Positions 30,278 through 39,885 of a stretch of DNA of 64,000 bases are shown in pieces. A program made the translations under genes and the position numbers. This DNA is from an uncultured Alphaproteobacteria bacterium (lineage in GTDB: Bacteria; Pseudomonadota; Alphaproteobacteria; RF32; CAG-239). Where the stretch lies: the NCBI GenBank assembly GCA_944390895.1, contig CALXRQ010000004.1:8069-72068 (forward strand), read 5' to 3'. The notes under the pieces are model-generated. The model made no database searches, was not told the DNA's origin, and saw only the letters and a program-made list of their open reading frames with translations. The first letter of the stretch is position 1; every line of letters starts with the position of its first letter.

Positions 30278-31859
30278 CTTTGCTAATCTCCACTACTCTG
30301 AAACGATAAACCTTAATCCGGTTTGACCAGTAAGACGGGCTCATACCGGCCTTTATTTTCAAATTGTTCAAAAATTCCGCCTTGTCGGGAAGCTGCTTCC
30401 AAACCGCCGGCAAAAAGACACCCTGGCGGTTGCCGTCGCGGATGACGATGCCGTCGACGCCTTGGATTATTTTGGAAAGCAAATCCGTTTCGTCTTTATA
30501 ATTAATCGCTTCAAAACCGCTTAACAACGAAATCGATACTTTTATATTTTTGAGTTCTTCCTCAGTCAGCGGAGCAAAGCGGCTGTCTTCCACGGCTGCT
30601 TTATACGCGTTGTCGGCAACATCGTCCGCAATGGCGCGACCGGGAAGCAGAGAACCGATGCAGCCGCGCAGTTCCCCGCCGGACTGCAAGGTGACAAAAG
30701 AGGCACCGCGGTTAAAGAGTTCGTTGGGATAGTCGCTTCTTGACGGTTTGTATTTTTTTCTGCCGACGGCTTCTTTCAGGCTTGCTCCGGCTATTTCAAG
30801 CAGGTCCTTGCCGTAAATTTCGGCGAAAGAGCGCAGACTTTCAACTTCTTGTTCCAGCGGCGGCAGCGCCGTTTCTTCCCGCGGCCTGTCCTCACGGTCA
30901 AAACTCCAGGCGCCGTAGCCGACGACGCCGGATTTGTCTCCGGTGACATCGCCTGAATTTACAATGTCCAAAAGCCGGGGCTGAAAGTTATATTTGCGCG
31001 CCAAAAGCACGGCCGCATTAATTCCCAGCGAACCGCAGGACATATGTTCCTCAACCTGCGGCAACCGGCCGGCCACCAGTTCTTCGGTCCGGGAATCAAT
31101 ATAGCGGGCCTGGTCATAGGTATAATAATGCGACAAATCGGCCGAAAAAATAATCAACGTATCCGGACGATCCATATAAGGCTGCAATGCGGCGGCCAAA
31201 ACCGCAGGATCAGCGTTTCCGTACACGACCGGCACAATTGAAAAACGTTTCAGCACTTTTTGCAAAAACGGGAGCTGGACTTCCAGCGAATGTTCTTTCA
31301 AGTGAGCGAGACTGTTATATTTGAAGTGGGGATTTTGCGCCAGTTCGGCATTGATTTCCTTGTTTACGGGCACCTGACCGAGCGGGGTTTTGAAATAGTC
31401 ATCTCCCGACAGGGCAAAACCGTCAACCGCAACATAATGCGACGGCCCGACCAAAATCACATTGCGAATGTTTTTGGCATAAGGACGCAAAAGCCCGTAT
31501 GCCTTGGCCGCCGTCGGCGCCGAATATCTGTAGCCGGCATGCGGCACAATCAGCATCTTGGGACGGCGGCTTGTCAGCGGCGTTACGTCAGATAAATATT
31601 TTCCGACCTGCGCATCCAGATTTTCCGTATCGGCCGGATAAAAAACACCAGCAACCGCCGGAGCGCGGAATTTATCCATATTATCGTCCTTCGCAACAAA
31701 ATGGTTAATGCGTTCGGGATTAGAAGAAATATGCCGGGTAAAATGGCAATAGTTAATCCACAGCAAAGAGGCCAACACAATACCGATCAGTATGAATTTT
31801 AAGACCCGGGGGCGGCCTAAATCGTCATCATCTTCATTATTCATGGCATATTTTCTCAA
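30267..31859 (-). CDS. Memo-like / AMMECR1 fusion protein (AmmeMemoRadiSam B-A fusion) with an N-terminal TM helix
   Basis: Memo hallmarks AGVFYPAD and LIVPHAGYRYSAP. C-terminal AMMECR1 motif ASFVTLQSGGELRGCIGSL. Confidence 0.75.
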   Translation of the reverse strand: MRKYAMNNEDDDDLGRPRVLKFILIGIVLASLLWINYCHFTRHISSNPERINHFVAKDDNMDKFRAPAVAGVFYPADTENLDAQVGKYLSDVTPLTSRRPKMLIVPHAGYRYSAPTAAKAYGLLRPYAKNIRNVILVGPSHYVAVDGFALSGDDYFKTPLGQVPVNKEINAELAQNPHFKYNSLAHLKEHSLEVQLPFLQKVLKRFSIVPVVYGNADPAVLAAALQPYMDRPDTLIIFSADLSHYYTYDQARYIDSRTEELVAGRLPQVEEHMSCGSLGINAAVLLARKYNFQPRLLDIVNSGDVTGDKSGVVGYGAWSFDREDRPREETALPPLEQEVESLRSFAEIYGKDLLEIAGASLKEAVGRKKYKPSRSDYPNELFNRGASFVTLQSGGELRGCIGSLLPGRAIADDVADNAYKAAVEDSRFAPLTEEELKNIKVSISLLSGFEAINYKDETDLLSKIIQGVDGIVIRDGNRQGVFLPAVWKQLPDKAEFLNNLKIKAGMSPSYWSNRIKVYRFRVVEISKDEN

Positions 31860-31912
31860 AAAACGTTTTTCCGAGAATCAGCATATTGCAGAATAACTTA
31901 AATTTTCACTAA

Positions 31913-32587
31913 TTAAATACCGTTTTCAAGGCTTTTTAAAAATTCCCGAAAATCATTAAAACGGATAATCCCGGGAGCCAAATCGTCGCCGTCATTCCAG
32001 ATCGGCCTGCCGATACGCACCCCGAGCGCATGAGCCGCCAATGCGCAACTGCTGTCCTGGCTGCTGTCGCCGACAATCCAGACCTTCCGCGGCGAAAAGT
32101 CTTCCGGTTTCAGCAGACCGCGGAGACTGTAGAACGCGTGCTCAGGATAGGGTTTGTCTCGCGGCGCCTCGTGTCCGGCAACGATGCGGGCAAAAAGCGC
32201 CGGCGCAAACAGCAGCGGCAACTCAAACTCCAAAAGACGCCGGTCCTTGTTCGTCATAATAATCATCGGAATCCCTCGGTCATGAAAGAAAGACAGCGTC
32301 TCCTTCACGCCGGGAAAAGTCGAAATCATTGACGGCACGTTTTGCAGATAAAGCTCCGCATAACGGCGGTAGGCTTCCGCGGCCTTCTCCGGACCAAAAA
32401 TATTGGGAAAATTGTCACGAAAGGAAAGATTGCGGTCCCGTTTTCGGGAAGAAACTTCCCATGACGGCAGACCGTATTCGCTCAAGACCTGATTGACGGT
32501 CGCTACCAGCGCCGTGCGGCTTTCGGCCAGAGTATTGTCCCAGTCAAACAGGACATACTGCAATTCCGTCAGATTCAGTTTTTCCAT
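31913..32587 (-). CDS. HAD-superfamily hydrolase (phosphoglycolate phosphatase-like)
   Basis: FDWDNTL (DxDxT) motif I and GDSSQD motif IV. GGAGG RBS upstream of ATG 32587. Confidence 0.7.
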   Translation of the reverse strand: MEKLNLTELQYVLFDWDNTLAESRTALVATVNQVLSEYGLPSWEVSSRKRDRNLSFRDNFPNIFGPEKAAEAYRRYAELYLQNVPSMISTFPGVKETLSFFHDRGIPMIIMTNKDRRLLEFELPLLFAPALFARIVAGHEAPRDKPYPEHAFYSLRGLLKPEDFSPRKVWIVGDSSQDSSCALAAHALGVRIGRPIWNDGDDLAPGIIRFNDFREFLKSLENGI

Positions 32588-32680
32588 TTTTCCTCCGCTT
32601 TTTTTTAATTTAAGCAGTCCAAAGGCAAAAGACAACAGATTCAATAAAAACTCCCGGAAATCCGGGAGTTTTTAAAAAAA

Positions 32681-33967
32681 TCATGCGGCTTTGCCGATTT
32701 TGGTTTTGCCACCCATATAAGGCTGCAGTTTTACCGGGATATTGACCGTACCGTCCGGGTTCTGGTGGTTTTCGATGAACGGAACCAGCGCCCGCGGCGT
32801 GGCAATGCCGGTATTGTTCAGGGTATGGACATACTTGACCTTGCCGTCGGCATTATCGCGGTAGCGCAAATTGGTGCGGCGGGCCTGCCACTCGGTAATG
32901 TTGGAACAGGAATGGGTCTCGCGGTAGCAATTCTGCGACGGAACCCAGGCTTCCAAATCATACTGGCGGTACTTGGGCGCGCCCATATCGCCGGTGCAAA
33001 CCTCCAGAACCTGATAAGGCAGCTCCAGATCCTGCAAAACCTCTTCCGAAATGGCCAGCAGTTTCTGATGCCACTTTTCGCTTTCGGCAATGTCATTTTT
33101 GCAAATGACAAACTGTTCGGTTTTCATAAACTGGTGAACGCGAACCAAACCGCGGGTATCCTTACCGGCGGCACCGGCTTCGCGGCGGAAGCAGGGTGAA
33201 AAGCCGGCATAAAGAATCGGCAGCTGGTTTTCGGTCAGTATCTCGTCGGCGTGCAACGAATTCAGAATCAGTTCCGCGGTGCCGGAAAGATAAATGTCAT
33301 CTGCCGGCATATAATAGATTTCATCGCGGGAAAACGGCAGATATCCCTGTCCGTACAACGGCTTTTCCTTGGAAATGGACGGTACGGTGATAACCGTAAA
33401 GCCATGGCTGCGCAACTTGTCCAGAACCAGCATATGAATTGCCAGTTCCAGCTTTGCCAGATCATTTTTAATGGCATAAGTGCGCGAACCGGAAACCTTG
33501 GCAATGCGCTCCATTTCCGACCAGTCGTTCATCTCCATCAATTCGATATGATCTTTGGGCGTAAAGTCAAATTTGGTGGGTTCGCCTACCCGGCGGCGGA
33601 CGACATTGGCCGAATCATCCGGGCCGACGGGGCTTTCGGGAGAAGGCATATTCGGCATCCGCAGCATAACGTCGTTAAACTTGGCCAGTTCGGCATCCAG
33701 TTTTTCCTGCTCAACCTTGAGTTCTTCTCCCAGCGCCTTGCTTTTGGCAATGATGGCGGGGCGCTCTTCGGCCGAAGCGGATTTGATGGAATTGCTGAGT
33801 TTGTTCTTTTCTTCGGACAGAGCCTGGGATGAGGTTTTCAACTTATTGATATCCTTATACAGGGCAATCAGAGCGTCTACATCAATAACATCCTTGGAAT
33901 AGCCTTTTTTAGCCAGGCCATCCTTAATCACATCCGGATTTTCGGCAATATATTTAATATCCAACAT
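32681..33967 (-). CDS. serS: serine--tRNA ligase
   Basis: 428 aa; N-terminal coiled-coil arm followed by a class II core (FRREAGAAGKDTRGLVRVHQF). Confidence 0.9.
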   Translation of the reverse strand: MLDIKYIAENPDVIKDGLAKKGYSKDVIDVDALIALYKDINKLKTSSQALSEEKNKLSNSIKSASAEERPAIIAKSKALGEELKVEQEKLDAELAKFNDVMLRMPNMPSPESPVGPDDSANVVRRRVGEPTKFDFTPKDHIELMEMNDWSEMERIAKVSGSRTYAIKNDLAKLELAIHMLVLDKLRSHGFTVITVPSISKEKPLYGQGYLPFSRDEIYYMPADDIYLSGTAELILNSLHADEILTENQLPILYAGFSPCFRREAGAAGKDTRGLVRVHQFMKTEQFVICKNDIAESEKWHQKLLAISEEVLQDLELPYQVLEVCTGDMGAPKYRQYDLEAWVPSQNCYRETHSCSNITEWQARRTNLRYRDNADGKVKYVHTLNNTGIATPRALVPFIENHQNPDGTVNIPVKLQPYMGGKTKIGKAA

Positions 33968-34161
33968 TTTTATTCTGTCCTAAATTTATTTGAATCGTTT
34001 CCGTTGATTTTCAACAAATATGAAGAATAACAATTTTTAAAATAAAAACAACAGAAAATTAAGTCCGTCATTGAATGTTATCCAGATTTTCGGTTGATTT
34101 TACGCCGGCTTTATATTAGTTTTGTTAAAAATGATTATTGAAACCAAGGAATTATAACAAA

Positions 34162-35178
34162 ATGTATGAAGGAAAAACCATTTTAACCGGCGTCAAACCG
34201 ACCGGAAAGCCACATCTCGGCAACTATCTCGGCGCAATCAAACCTGCCATCAAACTCGGCCACGAAGCATTGAATCAAGGCGGCAAACACTATATGTTCA
34301 TTGCCGATTACCATGCCATCAATGCCGAAAAAGATCCGGCGGTGCTGAACCAGATGATGAAAGAAATCGCCTGCATTTATCTGGCAGGCGGTCTGGATCC
34401 GAACAAATCTTATTTTTACCGCCAGTCGGACATTCCGGAAATCCCCGAGATTACGACCATTCTATATGCCTATACGCCCAAAGGGTTTATGAACAAAGCG
34501 CATGCCTACAAAGCCCAGGTTGACAAGAACCGCGAAGCCGGCAAGCCTGACGACGACGGTATCAACATGGGACTGTATACCTATCCGACCCTGATGGCGG
34601 CCGATATTCTGGCTTATGATTCCGACATCGTACCGGTCGGCAAAGATCAGGTGCAACACGTGGAAATTGCCCGCGATATCGCCGGAGCCATCAACGCCCA
34701 CTACGGCAAAGAGCTGCTGCGCCTTCCGACTTACCGTTTTGACGAAAACGTGGCGGTGGTTCCCGGTATCGACGGACGGAAAATGAGCAAATCCTACGGC
34801 AACGTTATTCCTTTGTTTGAGGACGACAAAGCCATCAAAAAAGCCATTTTTTCAATCAAAACCGACTCTCGGCCGATGGAAGAACCCAAAAACCCCGATG
34901 AAATTCTGGTCTATGAAATTTACAAATCCATAGCCACGCCGGAACAGCTGCAAGAGATGGGCGACGGTCTGCGTCAGGGTAAGCTCGGCTACGGACATAT
35001 TAAAAATATGCTGCTTGACGCCGTCATTGCCGAGGTTAAGGAAACGAGAGAAAAATACAATTACTATATGGCGCATTTTGACGAAGTGGAGGAACTCCTG
35101 GCGCAAGGTGCCGCCAAAGCCAGACCGGCGGCACAGGCCACCCTCAAACGTCTGAAGGATGCCGTTTTCGGCAGGTAG
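34162..35178 (+). CDS. trpS: tryptophan--tRNA ligase
   Basis: GKPHLGNYLGA (HIGH-like) and KMSKS. The ATG at 34162 is preferred over the TTG at 34138. Confidence 0.9.
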   Translation: MYEGKTILTGVKPTGKPHLGNYLGAIKPAIKLGHEALNQGGKHYMFIADYHAINAEKDPAVLNQMMKEIACIYLAGGLDPNKSYFYRQSDIPEIPEITTILYAYTPKGFMNKAHAYKAQVDKNREAGKPDDDGINMGLYTYPTLMAADILAYDSDIVPVGKDQVQHVEIARDIAGAINAHYGKELLRLPTYRFDENVAVVPGIDGRKMSKSYGNVIPLFEDDKAIKKAIFSIKTDSRPMEEPKNPDEILVYEIYKSIATPEQLQEMGDGLRQGKLGYGHIKNMLLDAVIAEVKETREKYNYYMAHFDEVEELLAQGAAKARPAAQATLKRLKDAVFGR

Positions 35179-35179
35179 A

Positions 35180-35208
35180 AAAAAACACCGCTCAGCGGTG
35201 TTTTTTTA
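35180..35208. terminator. bidirectional intrinsic terminator shared by trpS and the ept-like gene
   Basis: CACCGC-TCA-GCGGTG hairpin (35186-35200) with A- and T-runs. The loop TCA is the minus-strand stop codon. Confidence 0.7.
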
Positions 35209-36814
35209 TGGGCGGACGCGTTACCCGGCCGACATCATATTCCGGAGCAAACAAATTAAGCTCCGGTTTTATGTCGGGATTATCAAGTCCCGAAAGGGTT
35301 GGCAGAGAATGAATCAGGTTCTGCGTGTTAAACAAGCGCCCGGCGTAATCCGGCAGGCGCTCGGCCAAAGCGGGATTAAGCCGTTTATAACGTTCGGACA
35401 GCCATAAGATAAACGGAATCTCAAACATATGCCGGGAAGCAATGTCTTCAGAATGGCAGAAGCAGCTGTCGTCCCGGTCATAAACGTCTTCCCCGTGGTC
35501 GCTGAAATACAAAAGATAGGCATATTGACCGGTTTTGCGCAACTGTTTGATAATTTTATTTAAAACATAGTCTGTATAGACAATTGAATTGTCATAGTGG
35601 CAAACCTTTTTCTGGCGGGCGGTTTCATAGTCGTAAAAACGGCGAAAATGTTTGGGATAGCGGTTTTCATAGCGTCCGTGACTGCCCATCAGATGCACAA
35701 AAATAATCTTGCGCTCAGCCTTATCCTGCAACGCCTTTTCCACCAGCGGCAGCAGGACTTCGTCATATTCGCTTTCCATTTCCTGCCAGTTCATGGTATT
35801 GGTGAACTCCACGCGTTTGGCATCTTCTCCGTAAACGGCAATGACATTGTCGTTGTCTCCCATAGAATACTGGTTGGAGAGCCAGAAGGTTTTGAAGCCG
35901 GCATCGTTGAAATAATTGATTATACTGCCGCGGTCATAAGCATCGGTCAGCTCTTCATCATGAGCAAAAGTTAAAACCTTGCGCAGCGAACTTAACGTAT
36001 GGCTGTGCGGCGAATAGACATTTCGGAAAATGTAAAGCTCATCGGCATAAGAAGTCAGCTTGGGCATGGTGTTGCGGTGATAGCCGTATAAATTGAGGTG
36101 CCCGCGGTCGACAGATTCACCGATAACCACAACATAAGTCTGAGGCTCATCCGCCGGCACGGAAGAAACGATATCTGCAAAAGGCTCAATGCTGCGGCTG
36201 TTCTTAATCTCGATAATGCGGCGCAGATCATTGCGGTAAGTCAGATATTCCGTAACTATTTTGACCGGCAGAATGCGGTATTTGGGCCGCAGAGCCTGAT
36301 AAAACATTATGACAAAAAACAGGGCGCAGACAATCAGCCCGATCAGACGGGCCCGGCGGTTCAACTCCAGCGGGGCGGCCTTTTTCAACAAGATATAAAG
36401 TCCCGGAACAAAGAGCAAAAGCGTTGCCAGCAGAATATCGACATTGAAGAAATTGCCGATGAAATCCAAAATTTCTGCCGGATTGGAGTCAAATACCGTC
36501 TGAAACGAAATGGAAGATAGGCTGCCGCCAAACAATATGCCGTGACAGATGTTTACCCAATAAAGCGGATAGAGCAGAAAAAATATCCACATATAACGTT
36601 TTGCCGCCTTAGGGAAAATAAACAGCGGCAACAGCAGCGCCGCCCAATCAACAAAAACGTTGGCAAACTTTTTCACAAGCTGGGAATGCTGCGTATAAAA
36701 AAAGTTTAACAGCAGCGGCAATAAAGTATAGATGCAAATCCACAAAAACGTTTTCTTTTTCAAATCATCACCTTTGTTTTTGCCTACTTCTAACATGTTA
36801 CCGATTTTTCTCAA
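35192..36814 (-). CDS. phosphoethanolamine transferase (sulfatase-domain, EptA/CptA-like)
   Basis: N-terminal multi-TM region followed by a sulfatase domain (VVVIGESVDRGHLNLYGYHRNTMPKL, HLMGSHGRYENRYP). Confidence 0.75.
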   Translation of the reverse strand: MRKIGNMLEVGKNKGDDLKKKTFLWICIYTLLPLLLNFFYTQHSQLVKKFANVFVDWAALLLPLFIFPKAAKRYMWIFFLLYPLYWVNICHGILFGGSLSSISFQTVFDSNPAEILDFIGNFFNVDILLATLLLFVPGLYILLKKAAPLELNRRARLIGLIVCALFFVIMFYQALRPKYRILPVKIVTEYLTYRNDLRRIIEIKNSRSIEPFADIVSSVPADEPQTYVVVIGESVDRGHLNLYGYHRNTMPKLTSYADELYIFRNVYSPHSHTLSSLRKVLTFAHDEELTDAYDRGSIINYFNDAGFKTFWLSNQYSMGDNDNVIAVYGEDAKRVEFTNTMNWQEMESEYDEVLLPLVEKALQDKAERKIIFVHLMGSHGRYENRYPKHFRRFYDYETARQKKVCHYDNSIVYTDYVLNKIIKQLRKTGQYAYLLYFSDHGEDVYDRDDSCFCHSEDIASRHMFEIPFILWLSERYKRLNPALAERLPDYAGRLFNTQNLIHSLPTLSGLDNPDIKPELNLFAPEYDVGRVTRPPIKKHR

Positions 36815-36836
36815 CTGCTATTGTTACTTTTGCCAC

Positions 36837-36872
36837 AAAAAAAGGCCCCGCTTTCCCGCGGGGCTTTTTTTC
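36837..36872. terminator. intrinsic terminator
   Basis: GCCCCGC/GCGGGGC stem (36845-36864) with flanking A- and T-runs. Confidence 0.65.
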
Positions 36873-36881
36873 TGCAAAAGA

Positions 36882-37271
36882 CTACTGAACCTGAGCTTTT
36901 CCGACCCGGTCAAACTGCAGCGTTTTGCCGTCATAAGTATAAAGACTTAAAGACGACGGCGTGGTTCTGAATTTGTTGACCTTTCTCAAATCCGAAAAAT
37001 AGGTATTTTCAATCGCAACATAGTCCTGATGAGGCACAACATTGGTTTTAGAGTTAATGCTCAGCGTAATGCTGTCATTGTTCAGCTGGTAAACGCCCGT
37101 AACACCGTTAATGGCATTGCTGTAAAATCTGCCGTCATTGTTAAAGCCGATGACAATACGGAAAAGTTCGTTATCCTGTTTCAACTCATATTCGCTGCCG
37201 ACGATGTTATCGGACCCGAAGCATCCGCCCAACAGAAAAAACGAAAAAGCTACTGCTAAAAATTTCTTCAT
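36882..37271 (-). CDS. small lipoprotein (possibly META/HslJ-like)
   Basis: Lipobox FLLGGC; beta-rich 110-aa mature part. The META assignment is only a resemblance. Confidence 0.45.
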   Translation of the reverse strand: MKKFLAVAFSFFLLGGCFGSDNIVGSEYELKQDNELFRIVIGFNNDGRFYSNAINGVTGVYQLNNDSITLSINSKTNVVPHQDYVAIENTYFSDLRKVNKFRTTPSSLSLYTYDGKTLQFDRVGKAQVQ

Positions 37272-37329
37272 AAATAACCTCTCTTAAAACTATTATTCAG
37301 CGGGAAATCCCCTGGATTGCAATTTTACA

Positions 37330-38202
37330 TTAAATTGATATAAATGCAACCCCAAAGGTTATGACAAAAAGCATAACTACCGCCAAGACCAAATCACGGA
37401 ACAAAGGGCGGTAGGAAACTTTCCGTCCGCGGCCCGCATCTTCTTTAAGACGGAGCATTTCAACCCGCATGGCGCGGAAATATACATAGCTGATTAAAAT
37501 CCACCATAAAATGACGCTGACCGCGGCGGAAGTCCGGGTGACCTCCGTCAGTTGGATCAGTTTTTCCAGAGACCACCAGATAATGGCTATGACATAAGAA
37601 GTCCGATAACTGCGATAAACCAGATATAAAATCGGCACAATGAATCCTAAGCCGAACAAAATGTCCGAATCGCCGCTGAGCCAGGCAAACAACAACGTCA
37701 TCAGCATGACGAACAACGTCAGGTAAAACGCCAGACCGCGATAGGTGCGGCGAAACGGCAGGGTATTATATTCCGCCACCTGTTTTTTCAACTTTTCGTC
37801 CGCAGCCTGAGGCTCGATTTCAGGAGTAAAAAGCTGTTCACCCATATTGACTTCGGGATAAGGCGTGGTAAAAACCGGCGCCGGCGAAACCGGTTTTCCG
37901 GCTTTGATATTTTTCTTCAACGCCTTTACGGCAACTTTTTTGACAGCAATTGCCGCTTTTTTCGTTTTGCCGGCGGCAGACTTCTTAACAACGGGCTTCT
38001 TTGACGCCGGCTCGGACTTCGGAGCTGCCTTCTTTTCCGGCTTTGCCTCAGCAGATACATTTGCTTTATCCGTTAAATCTGAAATAACAGCAGATGAAAG
38101 TTCCTTCTTTTTTGCCGAAACCGGACGTTTAACACTTCTGTTTTTGACAGCCGTTTTCTTTCCTGCCGCTTTTGCCGAAGTTTTGAGTGATTTTTCAGAC
38201 AT
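37330..38202 (-). CDS. membrane protein with a Lys/Ala-rich (histone H1-like) N-terminal region
   Basis: The first ~110 aa are a KKxAxKK-type low-complexity region; the C-terminal half has about 5 TM helices. Confidence 0.5.
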   Translation of the reverse strand: MSEKSLKTSAKAAGKKTAVKNRSVKRPVSAKKKELSSAVISDLTDKANVSAEAKPEKKAAPKSEPASKKPVVKKSAAGKTKKAAIAVKKVAVKALKKNIKAGKPVSPAPVFTTPYPEVNMGEQLFTPEIEPQAADEKLKKQVAEYNTLPFRRTYRGLAFYLTLFVMLMTLLFAWLSGDSDILFGLGFIVPILYLVYRSYRTSYVIAIIWWSLEKLIQLTEVTRTSAAVSVILWWILISYVYFRAMRVEMLRLKEDAGRGRKVSYRPLFRDLVLAVVMLFVITFGVAFISI

Positions 38203-38304
38203 GAATACATCCCCTGATCAAATTGATTCTGGTTAATATAATATACATTATTCGTCAGGATAAAAGTTTTTTATATAAAAATTAACAAATATCAAAAAAT
38301 ATGC

Positions 38305-38333
38305 TTGATTTTTATTTTAAGAATATGTATGTT
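38305..38333 (+). promoter_or_regulatory. candidate sigma70 promoter of tRNA-Thr
   Basis: TTGATT-17 nt-TATGTT, ending about 15 nt upstream of the tRNA 5' end. Confidence 0.4.
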
Positions 38334-38347
38334 CACTTTCAGTTGTC

Positions 38348-38422
38348 GCCGCTGTAGCTCAGTGGTAGAGCACGTCATTGGTAATGACGGGGTCGCAAGT
38401 CCGATTCTTGCCAGCGGCACCA
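38348..38422 (+). tRNA. tRNA-Thr (anticodon GGU), CCA encoded
   Basis: Manual cloverleaf: acceptor GCCGCTG/CAGCGGC, D arm GCTC-AGTGGTA-GAGC, anticodon arm CGTCA-TTGGTAA-TGACG, T arm GCAAG-TCCGATT-CTTGC, then ACCA. Confidence 0.85.
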
Positions 38423-38432
38423 TTTTTGAGAT

Positions 38433-38456
38433 AGCACCTTTCAAGGTGCTTTTTTG
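38433..38456 (+). terminator. intrinsic terminator after the tRNA
   Basis: AGCACC/GGTGCT stem plus a T-run. Confidence 0.65.
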
Positions 38457-38480
38457 TTATGTAAACCAAGGCTTTCCGCC

Positions 38481-38532
38481 AGTCCGATTTTGGTGGTTTT
38501 GGAAAAAGCATTTTTAAATGAATTATCGGACT
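38481..38532. repeat. 52-bp inverted-repeat element, copy 1
   Basis: AGTCCGATTTT...TGAATTATCGGACT. The termini are reverse complements and the interior is AT-rich. Confidence 0.6.
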
Positions 38533-38729
38533 TTTTAAGCAAGCGCCAAGAAAATCAAGCATTTCATTAAATAAAATCCCAGTCCGATAAAATTGTTGAA
38601 AATTTAATTAAAAAATATATTGGGTGTAGATAGAATTTTTCAATAATTATTGCTCGGACAAAAATTTATTGTATTTTATGATTAATCTAAGTATGCTTTA
38701 TTTCAAATTACCATTGTAAGGAGGTTATT

Positions 38730-39122
38730 GTGAGAAAATATACATTACTATTAGTTGGCTTTTTGATGGGGTGCACAATGAGCGTCTTTGCAAATAGCTA
38801 TTTAAATACAGACGACAGAAATTTATCTGTAGCGCAAGCTTATATTGTATTAAAAGGGAATCATAATACAGTAGAAGAAGCAAATAAATTTGCCTCTTTA
38901 GTTAATTTTATGTCAGGGATGAGAACATTTGCTCAATATCATAATATCTTAAAAAACAAAGGAGATAAACAAGATAAGATTGAAGTTTGTTTAGCTGGAA
39001 GAAACTTGTTAACATATCAGAACATAATTTTTAGAGAGTACGAAGAAGGAAAGACAAAAGGAGATGAAACTTTTTCTATAGAATTCTTTAGAGAACTAGA
39101 AAAATGTTTAAATATGGATTAA
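38730..39122 (+). CDS. small secreted protein or lipoprotein, unknown function
   Basis: AAGGAGG 6 nt upstream of GTG 38730. Signal peptide MRKYTLLLVGFLMGCTMSVFA. Confidence 0.6.
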   Translation: MRKYTLLLVGFLMGCTMSVFANSYLNTDDRNLSVAQAYIVLKGNHNTVEEANKFASLVNFMSGMRTFAQYHNILKNKGDKQDKIEVCLAGRNLLTYQNIIFREYEEGKTKGDETFSIEFFRELEKCLNMD

Positions 39123-39176
39123 CCTAATGAACAATATTACGAACCACTTAGTGAACCTAAAAAAAGAAAATAAAAA

Positions 39177-39788
39177 ATGGCAATCAGTGATTTTTCAGAT
39201 ATAATTACAGCCTTTTCAACAATTGCTATGGCTTTAATTGCAGGTTTCGCTTTGCATACATGGCGCAAAGAATTTATCGGAAAGAGAAAAATAGAACTTG
39301 CCTGTCAAATAATGAAAAGCGTATATGATGTGCAAGATGCCATACTATATGCAAGAATTGGACGCATCAACGAACTTGATATTAAAGAGGTGGAACAGTG
39401 GGTACATTCGGAAAAGCAACGTGATCCTGAACACATGGGAATTTTTCCAGAAAGATATTTTGCATGGGTTCCTCATCGTAGATTGGCGGAAAGACAAGAT
39501 AAAATAGAAAAACTGCAAAATTTTATGAATGATGCATGCTTGTATTGGGGATTGGAGTTAATGCAATTAATATATGAATTAACTGGATATACGCTTAAAA
39601 TCAGGACTGCGGCAAAAGACCTGTATTATAGTGATACACATCAAAATCCCACAATATTACAAAATATACTATTTTCCAATAATGCTAATGATGACATTAA
39701 CAAAAGGGTAAATGAAATTGTTGAAGAAATTAAAATAAATTTAGAGCCAATTTATAAGGATCAACACTTTAAATGGAAAAAATTATAA
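39177..39788 (+). CDS. N-terminally membrane-anchored helical protein, unknown function
   Basis: 203 aa; one TM helix (IITAFSTIAMALIAGFAL); the remainder is predicted helical. No family recognised. Confidence 0.55.
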   Translation: MAISDFSDIITAFSTIAMALIAGFALHTWRKEFIGKRKIELACQIMKSVYDVQDAILYARIGRINELDIKEVEQWVHSEKQRDPEHMGIFPERYFAWVPHRRLAERQDKIEKLQNFMNDACLYWGLELMQLIYELTGYTLKIRTAAKDLYYSDTHQNPTILQNILFSNNANDDINKRVNEIVEEIKINLEPIYKDQHFKWKKL

Positions 39789-39885
39789 TAAAATATGCTC
39801 TATATCTTTTATATTTGCCCCATTATTGATTACTCTCAAGTAATTCAATTTTCCTACCTAAGTCGCTGAAATCTTGCGTAAAATT

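Noticed and set aside
33968-34161. Possible T-box or attenuator leader upstream of trpS
   Set aside because: The region is a short AT-rich divergent promoter spacer shared with serS. I could see no specifier/terminator-antiterminator architecture and no T-box consensus.
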